From Balanoglossus misakiensis (Eukaryota; Animalia; Hemichordata): DNA of 64,000 bases. This document shows, piece after piece, positions 36,555-51,500 of the stretch (position 1 is the stretch's first letter; every line of letters starts with the position of its first letter). Location of the stretch: the NCBI GenBank assembly GCA_040954595.2, contig CM082588.2, forward strand, positions 8,354,844 to 8,418,843, in the 5' to 3' direction. The position numbers and the translations under genes are program-made. The notes beneath the pieces are model-generated. The model saw only the letters and a program-made list of their open reading frames with translations, had not been told where the DNA came from and did no database searches.

Positions 36555-39500
36555 TTCTAATTGAGAATAAAATATGTTCGTGTTTATAGAGTTATCGGGG
36601 AATATTTCCACGGCTCATTGAAAGAGGAATGCTATGGAAGGTACAATCATTATTGCTGCAGACTCCTTGGCCTGCCACTCGGTGGACTGTCTGTCTCACA
36701 AAGCTCCGAGTGAGTGGTAATATTTCGGATTCGCCGCAACACTGAGTGTTGTAATAGAAATACATGTTGATACACGAAACACTTAAAAACCCAGCCTTCA
36801 ATAAATAGCAACGGGCGCTGGACCATTTTGATATTTTATAACATGGCAATTTATAAGTCGTGTGTTCGTTTGTCTTAAATTATACTGTTAATAATTTTGT
36901 TAAACAATTTGCGTATGGACTGACGTTGTTCCCTGCACAAAAACTGGCATTTTCACCATGGCAGGTGATATGAATATGAGATAAAATAGTCCCTGTTGAA
37001 AGAGTGTTAAAATGAAAACGTTGCTCTATTTCAAATTTGATCAATACTAGTGAAAACTGCATTCATACATCACAGTACGGTACGCTGTAAACTAGTAAAA
37101 TAAATGTTTTTTTCCATGAGTACATATATGCAAATAATAACATGGAACTACTTTCTACTTGTAAACATTGAACGCCATGACTGCTGGAGCTATGCATTAT
37201 GTCCGGCGAAACACGGTGATTACATAATTATTTTATGATTAATCCTACCAACTCTCTTCAGAAGACTAACATATTTAGTTGTCGACCTTAAAACAACGAA
37301 AACTACTCGTTTTAGTGTTTGTGTTTGTGACTAATTCATCTACACCTTCAGCCTTGGCTGTCACAGATATTAACCGTAGGTCATGCAGTCCAAAGAACGG
37401 CCACTTGAGTAGTGCATAGTAGGCCGTGGCCACCAACTGTGCATATAGCAACACATGTATGCATTAATAGAATCGAACTGCCCGTAGGCAGAGTCATATC
37501 GGTTCCATCTTAAGCTGCTGTTGTTGCTACTGCTAATGTGAAAACCAAACCAATGGTTGCAATTGGGACAATTCGGTATCCAGTTTAGACAACCACTCTC
37601 CTCGATCTCCAGTAACGACGGTAGTTTCACGACAATACCCGGTATACAATCGAAACGTTCAAAACTCCTATAATTGGTACTGACGCGAGCTTTGATGACT
37701 GTCTGAACGTTGTCCACACACGCCCTCCCGCTCACATATTTGTGACTAGATAACTTCCTACGACATCTAATGACGTTGTTCAAGACTACATAAAAAGAAG
37801 ACAGGTATTGATACAAAATGCGAAAAACTGAAAACAAAATATGAGACTTATTCCTCCTTCCTTATTGAAACACCCCGCGATCAGTATGCAAAGTTGTTTG
37901 ATGCGACTGTTTGGCTTGCAGTGAGAAAATACTCGCAACCAAAATCTAAATGACACTTCGCATTGCTTCTTTACCGCGTTCACCTTAAATATATCACAAA
38001 TCACACTCTTTTTATACCGACAACTTTAAGAATTAATACTTATACCCCACCCACACCCATTTACGACTAGATTTATGGCTAAACAATTAACAACACGATT
38101 TATGCGAGATTTACAGAAAAACAAATTACATTAATGTGATGAAGCGGAATGTGGAAACTTTACAGAAACATATTCACCTTCCTACATGACCGAAAATATG
38201 TCAATAAATAATTACACCTTGAGAATGAAAATCTCGGTCACTATAAAATATTTCTTAAATACCATATACCTGGCAAATGATTCACTTTAACATTCATTAA
38301 AGCCTGACTAATTTGTCAACATACATTAAGCCTGTATATTACTAAAATATCAATTCGACTGCCATCTTTCTACTTCTTGTATGACCGAAAACTTCAAGAA
38401 TAAATACTTATACTCTACAAAATATATGGTTATTTTCTGGTATGCGTCTGTTAAAAGCAAGTCATCTCATAACAATAAATCATTGTTCGTTCGTGTATAA
38501 ATCGATCTCACGTGACAGATATACGCCCTTCAACCAGGTTTTACCTTACGCTCTGTACGTTTGCAAATGAAATGTTTACTGTTGTTTCAGAACCTGCCCC
38601 CGTCCCTACGCATGGTAATTCCGAGTTGTGCAGACAACTGATTCTAAGAGCAGCTCATTATCGAATTTATTCAAGCGACTAAGTTCTGTCGTGTAATTAA
38701 GTGATTCCTCACCTGTTGAAGAGTTTCGCCGTCTCTCGGTGTTCAACGATGGTCTTCGAAGATTTAAACCAGAGAGGCTACACAAACGTGTAAAAGGCTT
38801 GGGTTACGAATAATCAGGTCTCTGCAGCCTTTTCAACTATTGTGGAACATAAAACGTCACACCGCCATTTTGGTCGTTGGACAACAGACAAAAAATGGCC
38901 GGTGTGGTTGGTTATTACCACATCGAGGCTCACGCGGACTTTGAACGTTGGTGTAAATCCTTGTATCAAGGCACATCAACAACTCAGCAAATATATTCCA
39001 ATTGGACAAACCAAGGTGGCAAAGTGTCATTTGTTGTATGTCAGTTCATATGGACATAGTGACATTTGGAAATTGTAGAAGATTGAGGAATCAGGAATGT
39101 ATACCACTTCCCTATCGAATTCTCTAGGTTTTCATTTCCTTATACTGTTTTATGAGTTTCCAGCTCTCTAATATCTGTCAATTTCGTCACTATTAAACCA
39201 GTTGGGGATCGTAGTTTTTCTTCTTCGTATGTTTCGTATACGTTGCATGCATGTAATACTGATCATACGACATAATGAGTACCTTCGTGTTAGTTGTTTG
39301 ATTCGCATGTTGAACACAGCTGTCATAATGTTTTACTCTTTCCGCAAAAATTGCAGAACTAACAAACAAACAAACAATCAAAATTTAAATCGTGGTACTC
39401 GTCGTGATCCAGCGCTGAACTGTACGATATTCGACATAATTCAAATCAACAAACATTCCGCAAATGTTCTGTTCTCAATTAAATATCACTTCTTGATACA

Positions 39501-40307
39501 AGTGGGAAGTTTTAAAATTGGATAAAGAATATCAAGAATGTTTAGGTAGAGCATCCATTACTTAACGAATGACATTTTCTGACATCACAAGAAAAAAGAC
39601 AACAAAATCATCTGTGTGTTTAGTAAAAACACACGAGCGAAAATGTCAATTACTGTATTTTTGTCATCTTGAACCACTTTTAAGTGGTGGCTTTGCTCAA
39701 TAACCCCAGGCGAAAAGGCAAAAGATTGTCCGTTCTAGGTCCTAGTTTGAGTGGACTCTGTCAGTAGAAGTCCAACCTTGGGAAGCAGAAGGAACTTTGT
39801 ACTGGGAGTTAAATGAGTTGGCCAACAATTGAGTGCAAACCTGTTTGTTTCCTTGAGATACAACGGTGAACTCGCCAACAGCTGCCAATTTTTGAATTAA
39901 TTTCATTGTTTTTTCACACTTAGAAAGGTCCATATATATGACCTAAATTTTGTTATCAACTTCTGATTGTAGATTACATTGAAATATGAGCAAATTGAAT
40001 AGGAATAGGTGCTGCACCCGTTTATTCAGCCGCCAATCGCAAAAGTAAACAAACACCGTGGCATGCGTGCATGGGTATTAAAAAACCCACAGAGTGAAAA
40101 TAGCGTCATTTATCGGCTAAGGATGAGGATCGGAGTATTTTTATGGATTAAATTAGTTTCTATTTGTACCGGCTGAAACGTACGGAAGTTGATCAAAAAA
40201 GACACTTGTACCTTTAGGTGAAAATAATATGTTGTGGGACATGTTAAAATGTTTAGCATAGCTTGTAATCTTTTTCAAATATGTCAGCGCCAGGGCTAAA
40301 ACAAATA

Positions 40308-41040
40308 GCTATTATTGACCCGGAACAAGTAAATGATAAATTGAAATACATTGTTCCCAAAACTATTTTGTTATTACATTACAACTGTTTCATCTTGCCT
40401 CATATATTGTATGTCTAAGAAGTCTGGGGAAATGCTTATAAATCCCATTTGAAGCCAATACATCTTACTCAAAAACGGGTAATACGTACACTCACATACA
40501 CCTCCATTATTTAATACGCTGGGAATATTTGATATATATAGGCAACATGGGTATCAAGTAGCACTATTTGTTTACCATTATATTCATACAAACTTCCCAC
40601 TAACAATTCTACAGTACTTTGTTAATATTGAACACATTTATCCAACAAGGTCAAAAGATAAAGGAAATCTTCCGGTTCCCAAATATGCCACAAATGTGGG
40701 TCAACATACAGTGAAATACTATTGTGCTCAAATATGAAATCAATTTCCGCAACATATCAAATCTGTTTCATCAAAGTCATGCTTTAAAAAAGAATTGATA
40801 AAGTATTATTTATCCATTTGACTGCTGTATTACAAACTAAATTTTGAGTTTTATGTACAAACTCGCATTAGTATCGCCCTGTATTATATTCTGCAATTGT
40901 ATTTTGTATGGGGGACTGGACTCGACTAGTGTTACACTATTTTCTAGTTCCCTCCCATCTTATACATTCTTCATTCCTTTGTTAACTTTGTTTATTTGTA
41001 TCAAAATAAGGGAAATAAACTTATTATTATTATCATTATT
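40308..41040 (+). mobile_element. Internally deleted paralog of the LINE 3' end at 22441-23440
   Basis: gctattattgacccggaacaagtaaatg jumps to gaaatacattgttcccaaaact.... It shares the 3' junction (…acaggctagtctggcatcgagg) with the copy at about 23440. Confidence 0.85.
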
Positions 41041-42998
41041 ACAGGCTAGTCTGGCATCGAGGGCGTAGTATACGTCTAGAAATTAGGTACACTCGCTACA
41101 ACAGGGCCAACAACAACAGTGGTCTGAGAACAAGTGTGATGAATTTGAATACAAATTTCAACTACTTTCAGAACTCATAATGATTCCAATCAAGTCTGTG
41201 AATTTAACTGAACAATCCAAAATACTAAAAATGATACTATTTGCCTTCTATAGCAATGTCTGTTTTTTTCCTTATCCCCAATTTCCTACAAGGAAATAAC
41301 TTATAAAATGGCCACTAAAAGTGACCTCAGATGACCCCTGCACAGCCACAGAGATCAAATAAGTAGATTCACTGTTTGAATAGTTATTTTGCAGCAAATC
41401 TGTTCAACACGTCATGGTTCAAATGATTCTTTGTGCATTTATTGTTTATGTATGTCTAGAATTACAGCAGATTGCAGCAAAAAACACTTCTTTCATTTGA
41501 GAAAAAATGGTCGGAATCCTACCTGTCGTGAGTATCTCCACCTGTTGCAGTCTGTAAAACATTTACTGGATGTGATGCCCTCTACGGTAGCTTCTTGCGT
41601 TTATGTGGGTCAGGGTCATTTGGTCCCTGGGACTTGATGTGGGTCCAATCGAAGCACTGCACTCCTCATTATGAAGAACTAATAAAATGACTTTTGGGTG
41701 TACTACCAGCTGGGGCAAGTGGCACTGGGGGAGGCATGTGCTTAAAAATTCATTATTTCTTCAATGCATTTTACAGGCAGTTTTCATTTGTCCTCAGCAG
41801 TAAAAGATAGAGTAAAAGCACAACTTTTAAAATGAACGGCAGTTGAAAGTTTTTTTTTAATAATTTGAATGAAACTCGTTGAATTTAACATCACACAACT
41901 TGAAAATGAGAATTGTACAATAGCATCGACTTAGTAGCATTATAAAACAATTTCATAGTGGCATCTCATTATTCATAACAGTAAAACCTGTGTAAACCTA
42001 ACACCAAAGGGACTGAAGAAATTGTTCAGTTTGCAGAGCTGTCCTGTTTATAGAGTTCTTTTAACATGTGGTTATGGCAAAGATATAGGAAATATGTTTC
42101 AGTATAGACAGGTTTCAAGATTAGACACAATTTGGTTTAGACAGGTTTTACTGTATTTAGGCTAAAGTTAGTAAATTCTTATGTTTTGCATCCATAGGTT
42201 TTCAGAGGTTTTAGAGAAAAACACCCACAAAGTTTTCTCTCAGAAATTTCCCACATCAAGGATACTGAGTTAAAAAAATAAGCCATGACTTTTCTACTGG
42301 TACTTCAGCAATAAACTTGTTTTTGTGATTTTCTGGCTCTCAAGTTCACGAAAATTTAACATATGCAAAAATGTACAGTAAAATATCCTATCTTTATCAA
42401 TTATATACACATGAATATAAAAATATAGATATTTGTTCGTATGTGCTTCAACATGTTGGTGTAGAAAACCTATATATATGAAAATGTTCAGTAACAATGA
42501 AAAGCGCATCTGTTGCTAGAAAGATACATATAGCATTATTCATATTTTACACATTAAAGGGAAACGTTACCTTGCTAGTAAAGGGGTTCATATAAAATCT
42601 GTGTGACAAACTGGAGTGATCTGTGTCAGTTTTATTCACTTTCACTTATTGGTAGCAGTGTGGCGTTGTTCGAGGTATGCAGAGGTCACTTATATGCCAC
42701 ACTGCAACCGATAAGTGAAAGTGAGCAAAACTGACACAGACCACTCCAGTATTTACACATATTTTTTTAGAACCCCTTTACTATCATGGTAACGTTTCCC
42801 TCAATTCGGCTAACAATATGTTTTTTGTCAAGAATTCCTCCTCTGGGGAATGAAAGCATAAGGTACCTGCCAACCATAGATTAAGTGCCATGGGAGACTT
42901 GGCATTGAATTTATTTTTACAATGACCTTTCATGAGAATTCTGGTATTTCCTTAATCACCGCAACAGTCTGGAGATATGCGGCGAATGCATATGGTTC

Positions 42999-43336
42999 TT
43001 AATCTATCTCTGAATATGGCCTTTTTTTCCCACGTCGTTTTTCTGATTGCAGTTTGTTTACACACTCCTCCACCAATGAGACTAATGCTGGTAGTTCCAT
43101 GTTTTGAAACAATTCCTTTAGAAGTGTTAAATCGTCATTGCTGAAATGACCCTTCTCTTTCAAACAGTAAAATATATCTGAGGGAGATTCCAAATCCTGC
43201 AATTCTCGTTTTGGTATGAAGTCTTCTCGTAACAGGCCTCTGAGATCACGCTCATCCTTTCTGTTTAAACGCTTGTCAAGTGTCATGAAAAGGATATTCA
43301 GTGGATTTAATTGTGTTGTTTTAAAACACTGTGAGT
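42999..43336 (-). CDS. DED terminal exon, copy 4
   Basis: Paralog of 25373-25707, with the basic tail KRRGKKRPYSEID. Confidence 0.8.
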
Positions 43337-45543
43337 CTGTAATGATAATGTTAGTGTTAATGTTATATCATACAAAGGTAAACATAACAATCAAATTACA
43401 GATTTTTCTCAAATCTGATCTAATAGACCATTTTGATATCCTGGCATATATAGCTTGTATGATTTTTTTTCCATTGATTAAACTACATAATAGTAGGTTT
43501 TAAAATTTCATAATTTAAATTACAGTTAGTTTCATCCCAATTTCAGTGACCATAAAAGTTTATCCTGATAGATCTGCAAAACTGTCAAACTGTCAAACCA
43601 CAATTTAGAGTTGATACATTTTGCAGTAGCATACCATCATGATACTTACCTCCATTCGAAGAACTGCTACCAACTTGCTTCTCCTAGATGAGAAAAAGAG
43701 ACACCCAAGTTGTAAATAACAGTGAAAGGGAAAATAATGCAATACGTTTCAATTTTCTAAAAACAATTGTGCTTGAAAACTATGCGGTTCTCATTACAGT
43801 GATTCCCCATGTCGGCCAAAACTGGCCAATTATACTCAGCCAAGTTGTCGACTATTGAGACATTCAGTAGTTGCCTAAACACATTCAATTCCAGATAAAA
43901 TGCAAGACACTGGATCTCCATGGGCAGGCAATGTACAGATGGGCACTGATAAAAGCTTAGCAATCATGGGTGAATAAATTGTGACGGGGGTGTGATGTGT
44001 GTGTGTGGGGGGGGGGGATGTGCACCAAGTGATTACAATGCATTAAAATCACCTGGGCAATTGGCCACTGTACTAAGCCAACGACAGGAAAATGCACATA
44101 CTCATGGTCCACATAAGATACATTGAAATGTGATAAATTGAACCCAAAACCTAAATTGAAAATTTTATGACTTGTAAGAATCAGATTACATGCTTTCTCT
44201 GCACTCACATCATATAGCACGGACATCTGTTTGTGGTACAACAATATCATTTCAATTATTCACAAGCTAATACGTTTAGGTGGGTTCTTACATTTGGCAT
44301 TGCGAATAACAGCTCAACAGTTGGTGGGTCATCATTTTTCTGAAACAGCATACGTCCTTGCAGACCACGACCTCTTTGCCTGTCTTTAACGACAACATCC
44401 CAGTGGTTATCACAAAATGGGTAGTATGGTCTCTTGTTCAGCACTGACTCCAGACCATAATTCCCTTCTGCGGGGACAGTATTTTTGACAACATCTCCGT
44501 ATTTCAGCTCAATATCAGAACTGTATGTTGTTCTTTTATCAGTGTATTGTTTATATTTCTCTTCAGTTTGCAATAAATCTGTAATGGATTTTTGTCCTTT
44601 GGCCTCCACCAAGTCACATCTTAAGACTGTTGCAGTATCCTTGTGCTCAAGAAGAAGAATCTTTACAATCTGATTTCCAGACTTCTTGAAGTCTGTGATG
44701 GTTGATAGCATGTAACAAATTCGTGGCATGACTTCTTTGATGTATCTTCCCAACGAATATCTGAAAACAATTCCAGACACTTTCAAGGATTACGAAAATG
44801 GTGAAATGCAATCACATGTTCTAGTCTGCTGACCCCACATTTAGAATCATAGATTACAGAAGGGGTATGTTATATCACCATTACCTGTGGATACAATAAC
44901 ATCCAATCAAAGGAAGATTGCTTCAGAGCAATATCAACATAACTGCAGTCATTACATTGCATTTCCATTTTTACAGAAGAAGACTTCAACCTACCCACTC
45001 AGTATCTGAGTGTGAAATTCCACCACATCGCGTTGTACAGTATAAGAACAATCCTTGGTAACATCCTTCCAGTCACAATTACCATCTTCATCTTTAAGTA
45101 TGCACAGTTCTGTATCATCAGATGCTACACGTGGGATGTCTGGTGGCAGTGGGATGGTTAGTTTTATAGGCTTCTTGAACTTCATTCTTTCCCTCTGGCC
45201 TCGATTGATGTACACTATAGATGCGAAGGACACATCGAGAGATTCTCCACCAGTTGGGAAGACACTATCAACTGTGTTATAGCGACAGTCATGGACCTTC
45301 AATACGAACAATAAGCCTCATTGAATGTTGTCACTATAGCAGTACATACATGGATACCTGGCTGAATTATCTCCTGTCTAAGAGTTTAACTGCTTATAGC
45401 TGCAGCCTGCCATTTTTTTCAACAAAATCAATCAATCAATCAATCAATCAATCTAGCAACTGATGCAGCTCCACCTTAATCTATTGTCATGTTAATCTCT
45501 ATGTTGGGTAATAACAGATATGGGTAAATGTTGGTGGTTGTGG

Positions 45544-45574
<31 letters not shown>

Positions 45575-48500
45575 ATTTACCTCTAATATTATAGCCTTTT
45601 CATCTTCTACGGCATCTTCTGGAACTTCGATGCTTATCCGTTCGTCTTTTTTTGAGGTAAATTTTCCACCTTCTTTGCTGATATCAAATGAGTCTTTATA
45701 AGGTCTTGATATTGCGATGAAAAGTGAAAAATGGCACACTTCTGCCTTGATATGATTGTTTTCCTGAATATGAATCAACATTTAATGGAAACACTTTTAC
45801 TTTTAGTGTGTGGTCAGAAACTTCGTGAACAACTGATTAGCACTTTTGATTGATGGTGGTATATCTGCTATTTTCTCAGAGACGGTGTTTTGTTTTGCTA
45901 AATGGAAGGTCAGTAGGCTGTAATGACTGACAATTTACATGTCCATGGATACATACATGCAAATATCCCATACAAATATATATTTACTGAAATGCAATAA
46001 TGGTAAAGTTATAAGTAGTAAAACTTGACTGTGTAGATCTGTGATATATGTACCATACGTACTTCAACAGTTTTCAACTCTTCCCATGTTTCACCATTTT
46101 TGCTTGTCAGGATTATCTGTTCTCTCTCAAACGGCTGAACATTTAAACACTTCCTCACAAGGTAGACTGGTTTCTTTAGTGTAATGTGATCTGCCTCAAT
46201 ATCAAGGACATCTGACTGATACCATTCAAAGTCTGCAAGAGGGACCTTGGTGACGTTATGGTTACATGTGACCAATAATGTTGTGTCTTCTTCTACACAT
46301 GCTGATGGGACTTCGAGTGAAAATCCACATGGTAATTTGTAGGAACGTCTTTCCTTTAATGGAAAAGGAAAAAATTATATTACAAAACCAGAAATGGGGC
46401 TGGAAATCACCCCCCCTCCCCATTGAATGCTAAACTGTAACTAAATTCTGTCATAAAACTCGAATGCATTTGCAAGCAAAAGCGAAGTTCCAGAGACCAG
46501 ATCTATTTTATATAATATTTCAAGGCCTTCAAAAATGAACAGTTTGAATAGAAAAAGCAATGCATATATGCTAACCTGTCGGGTGCATGCACTGTTGCAA
46601 GCTGAAAATAGTACATATCATAGTTTCACAATTTGTAGATGTCCATTGAAAATTGTTTCAACCCATCTAGAATACTGTTTAAATACAATTTATCAACATA
46701 ATCAGTACGTGTGGTATGTATTGCAAACAACCTATTCAGAAAGAATACTTTGTTGTACAAATTCATTAAAATACATCAATTTTACGTCAATCATCATGCC
46801 TACCTGATTAGCAGCAATAAGCTGAAGCAATCTTTGGTCTTGCATATCCTCTGAAATGCAGATATGTTAGGGTAGTAGTTGTATTTACTAAGATATGATT
46901 ACTGTTCCTGTTTTAACATAATTCCAGCTTGAAATTGTAAATTTCTCCGGTTTCAAGTCTGTGAGACTTGCATGGTTTTTTTCACTTGATATGCACTGAC
47001 CTTCTACATATTTCTGCACGTCATAATACCCTAATTGACTTGTTATTATTTGTGAATTGATCTGTTGAAGATGCAGAATAAAACATCCACTTTTTGAAAT
47101 AAACATTTCTGTAGTAATTACTGAGCTCAGAATCCCCTCAAAGTATATATTTTCAGAAAGATTAGATATAGGGAAACATTTTGGTTATTTCAGTGTGATC
47201 ATTGTTTACACAACTATCACAATCATAACAAATGGATTAGGTCGGATTAGAATATATCAATTCACAAAAGTGACAGGAATATACAGGTTCACATCACATC
47301 ACACCGCATCACATCACACCACATCACATCACATCGCATCGCATCGCATCGCATCGCATCACATGTATATAGCACAATTATTTCGCAATGAACGTAAATT
47401 ACTGGCAAGAAAACCAAAGTGAAACGCAATGTTTTTGATTGACTCTGTACTTAATTTTTGCTCATGGACCCCACCGTATACTGTAATAGAAGAACACTCA
47501 GTTCCCAGCCTTCGATGGTCAAGTATATTGTCAGAATTGAAGATATAGGCAACACCAATCTGATTAAAATCATATGAGAAGATAGGCGCTAGTAGACCAT
47601 GAGCCAGTAGGGGTTTACCCCCCCCCCCCCCGGGGGAATTTTTGAGACAATGTTTTTCTGAAAGCCTATCATATACTGAGTAAAATTCCCTTTGTTTGCC
47701 ATCTGGGCACCGGGGCGTTTTCGAGTTATTGGCTTCTAAATTATATTGGGTAACGTATGTAGAAAAGCCTAAAAGTGCATATAAATTGACGTAGGGGGTA
47801 AATTAGTCTTGTAAAATATTGTCTCTCTGAATGTATACCTTGAACAACAGGGAAGTATTTGGTATCAAAAGAAAGCTTAGTAAACAAGCTTTCCATTAAT
47901 TACAAAATAAAAGTGATATGACAAATCATGACATCATAGTGACGTCATAAGTCAAAATACCCTTACGAAAATGGTGTTCTGTTCACCTATAAATGTGAGG
48001 TTTTGCAAAACACGTCTCTGAGCAATTGTACTGTGATGTGTTTGGTATCAACAGAAAGCTGATTGAGTAAAGTATCTAATTATTGCAAAAAATTGATATA
48101 ATAATCAATTACGTCATCATTACGTCAAACTTCCAAGTACCCTTACCAATTAGTGACTATGATGACAAGTTATTACCCTAGGAGATAGGTGCCTTTAAAT
48201 AAAAAAAATTGGTAAGGAAGGTTTGTGAAGTCCATTCTATGTAAAAAATAGTGCTGATTCCAAAAAAGGCAGTCTTATTGACCCCACCCAAGACAAAATT
48301 GCCATTTTGGCACTTTTTAACCCAAAAAAGGTCATTTTTAGAACACACTAAAAACACACTGTTTTCGTCACATTCGAAGATCTGATGACATATGATATGC
48401 CTGTTCTATGTAAAATTTGGTTGATATTACGAAAAAAGCAGTCTGACTGACCCCAAACGAGACAGAATTGCCTTTTTGACCATTTTTTGCACAAAAATGT

Positions 48501-51500
48501 CATTTTTAGACAAAACTTAAAACACACTCTTCTCTTCATATTGATTGATTTGATGATATATGGAAAGTCAATTCTATGTGTAAAATGGTGACTATAAAAC
48601 ATAAAGCAGTCTTTTTGACCCCAATCAATACAAAAATGCCATTTTTGGCCACATTTTTGAGGTCAAAAAGGTCATTTTTACAAAAAAAACTAAAAACAAA
48701 CTGTTTTTTTCATATTCAGAGAACTGATTATGTATGAAAAGTCCATTCTATGTAAAAAAAAAATCTGATTGACCCCATTCTAGTCAAAATTGCGTTTTTG
48801 GCAATTTATTGCCTAAAAAGACCTACTAAAGACAAATTTATCATTTTAAACATTTTCTAGAAAAAAAATGTTTGCAACTAAAAATAAATAAAAGTCCATT
48901 CTATCTTAAAAGTAGCGATTTTTCCAAAAAAGCACTCTTACAGACTCCACAGAGGGAAAAATGCCATTTTGGCCACTTTGCTCAAAAAAGGTAACTGTTT
49001 GAAACTTCTTTCTTTATTTTCAGAGATCTTATGATGTACGGAGAAGGTCCAATTTTGTTGAAAGGGAGCCGATTCCCAAAAAATTCTTTTCAGCCCTACA
49101 AAATTGTCATTTTGGCCATTTTTGGTCAAAAAGGTCATTTCAAGAAAAAATGAAAACAAGCTGTTTTCTGCGTATTTAAATGTTTGATTATGAATGGAAA
49201 GTCCATTTTTTGCAAAAAATATGCTGATACCAACACAACAGTCTTATTAAGAACCCACTCAATACAAAATTGCCACTAAGCCATCTTCTAGTCAACAATT
49301 GTCTTTTTACGAAAACAACATAATAAATAACCTTCTCCGTACATCATAAGATCTCTGAAAATAAAGAAAGAAGTTTCAAACAGTTACCTTTTTTGAGCAA
49401 AGTGGCCAAAATGGCATTTTTTCCCTCTGTGGAGTCAGTAAGAGTGCTTTTTTGGGAAAAATCACTACTTTTAAGATAGAATGGACTTTTATTTATTTTT
49501 AGTTACAAACATTTTTTTCTCTAGAAAATGTTTAAAATGATTAATTTGTCTTAACTAGGTCTTTTTAGGCAATAAATTGCCAAAAACGCAATTTTGACTA
49601 GAATGGGGTCAATCAGATTTTTTTTTACATAGAATGGACTTTTCATACATAATCAGATCTCTGAATATGAAGAAAACAGTTTGTTTTTAGTTTTTTTTTG
49701 TAAAAATGACCTTTTTGACCTCAAAAATGTGGCCAAAAATGGCATTTTTGTATTGATTGGGGTCAAAAAGACTGCTTTATGTTTTATAGTCACCATTTTA
49801 CACATATAATTGACTTTCCATATATCATCAAATCAATCAATATGAAGAGAAGAGTGTGTTTTAAGTTTTGTCTAAAAATGACGTTTTTGGGCAAAAAATG
49901 GTCAAAAAGGCAATTCTGTCTCGTTTGGGGTCAGTCAGACTGCTTTTTTCGTAATATCAACCAAATTTTACATAGATTAGGCATATCATATGTCATCAGA
50001 TCTTCGAATGTGACGAAAACAATGTGTTTTTAGTGTTTTCTAAAAATGACCTTTTTTGGGTTAAAAAGTGCCAAAATGGCAATTTTGTCTTAGGTGGGGT
50101 CAGTCAGACTGCTTTTTTCGTAATATGAACCAAATTTTACATAGAATAGGCACATCATATGTCATCAGATCTTCGAATGTGACGAAAACAGTGTGTTTTT
50201 AGTGTTTTCTAAAAATGACCTTTTTTGGGTTAAAAAGTGCCAAAATGGCAATTTTGTCTTGGGTGGGGTCAGTCAGACTGCTATTTTCGTAATATCAACT
50301 AAATTTTACATAGAATAGGCATATCATATGTCATCAGATCTTCGAATGTGACGAAAACAGTGTGTTTTTAGTTTTTTCTAAAAATGACCTTTTTTGGGTT
50401 AAAAAGTGCCAAAATGGCATTTTTGTATTGATTGGGGTCAAAAAGACTGCTTTATGTTTTATAGTCACCATTTTACACATAGAATTGACTTTCCATATAT
50501 CATCAAATCAATCAATATGAAGAGAAGAGTGTGTTTTAAGTTTTGTCTAAAAATGACTTTTTGGGCAAAAAATGGTCAAAAAGGCAATTCTGTCTCGTTT
50601 GGGGTCAGTCAGACTGCTTTTTTCGTAATATCAACCAAATTTTACATAGAATAGGATGTCATCAGATCTTCGAATGTGACGAAAACAGTGTGTTTTAGTG
50701 TTTTCTAAAAATGACCTTTTTTGGGTTAAAAAGTGCCAAAATGGCAATTTTGTCTTGGGTGGGGTCAATAAGACTGCCTTTTTTGGAATCAGCACCATTT
50801 TTTACATAGACTGGACTTCACAAACCTTCCTTACCATTTTTTTTTATTTAAAGGCACCTATCTCCTAGGGTAATAACTTGTCATCATAGTCACTAATTGG
50901 TCAGGGTACTTGGAAGTTTGACGCAATGATGACGTAATTGATTATTATATCGATTTTTTGCAATAATTAGATACTTTACTCAATCAGCTTTCTGTTGATA
51001 CCAAACACATCACAGTACAATTGCTCAGAGACGTGTTTTGCAAAACCTCACATTTATAGGTGAACAGAACACCATTTTCGTAAGGGTATTTTGACTTATG
51101 ACGTCACTATGATGTCATGATTTGTCATATCACTTTTATTTTGTAATTAATGGAAAGCTTGTTTACTAAGCTTTCTTTTGATACCAAATACTTCCCTGTT
51201 GTTCAAGGTATACATTCAGAGAGACAATATTTTACAAGACTAATTTACCCCTTACGTCAATTTATATGCACTTTTAGGCTTTTCTACATACGTTACCCAA
51301 TATAATTTAGAAACCAATAACTCGAAAACGCCCCGGTGCCCAGATGGCAAACAAAGTGAATTTTACTCAGTATATGATAGGCTTTCAGAACAACATTGTC
51401 TCGAAAATTCCCCCGGGGGGGGGGGGGAGATAAACCCCTACTGGCTCATGGTCTATAGTGATCGTTTTGGCTATTCTGTTCTCACGGATTTGGCTGTTCT

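Noticed and set aside
44885-44942. Apparent small exon with good splice signals between ZU5-2 and UPA
   Set aside because: It ends in a phase incompatible with the UPA exon, and the paralog (about 27235-27296) has a 4-nt indel.
49900-50780. Regularly spaced repeats resembling a CRISPR array
   Set aside because: These are about 170-bp tandem duplications within a transposon arm, with no unique spacers and no cas genes.
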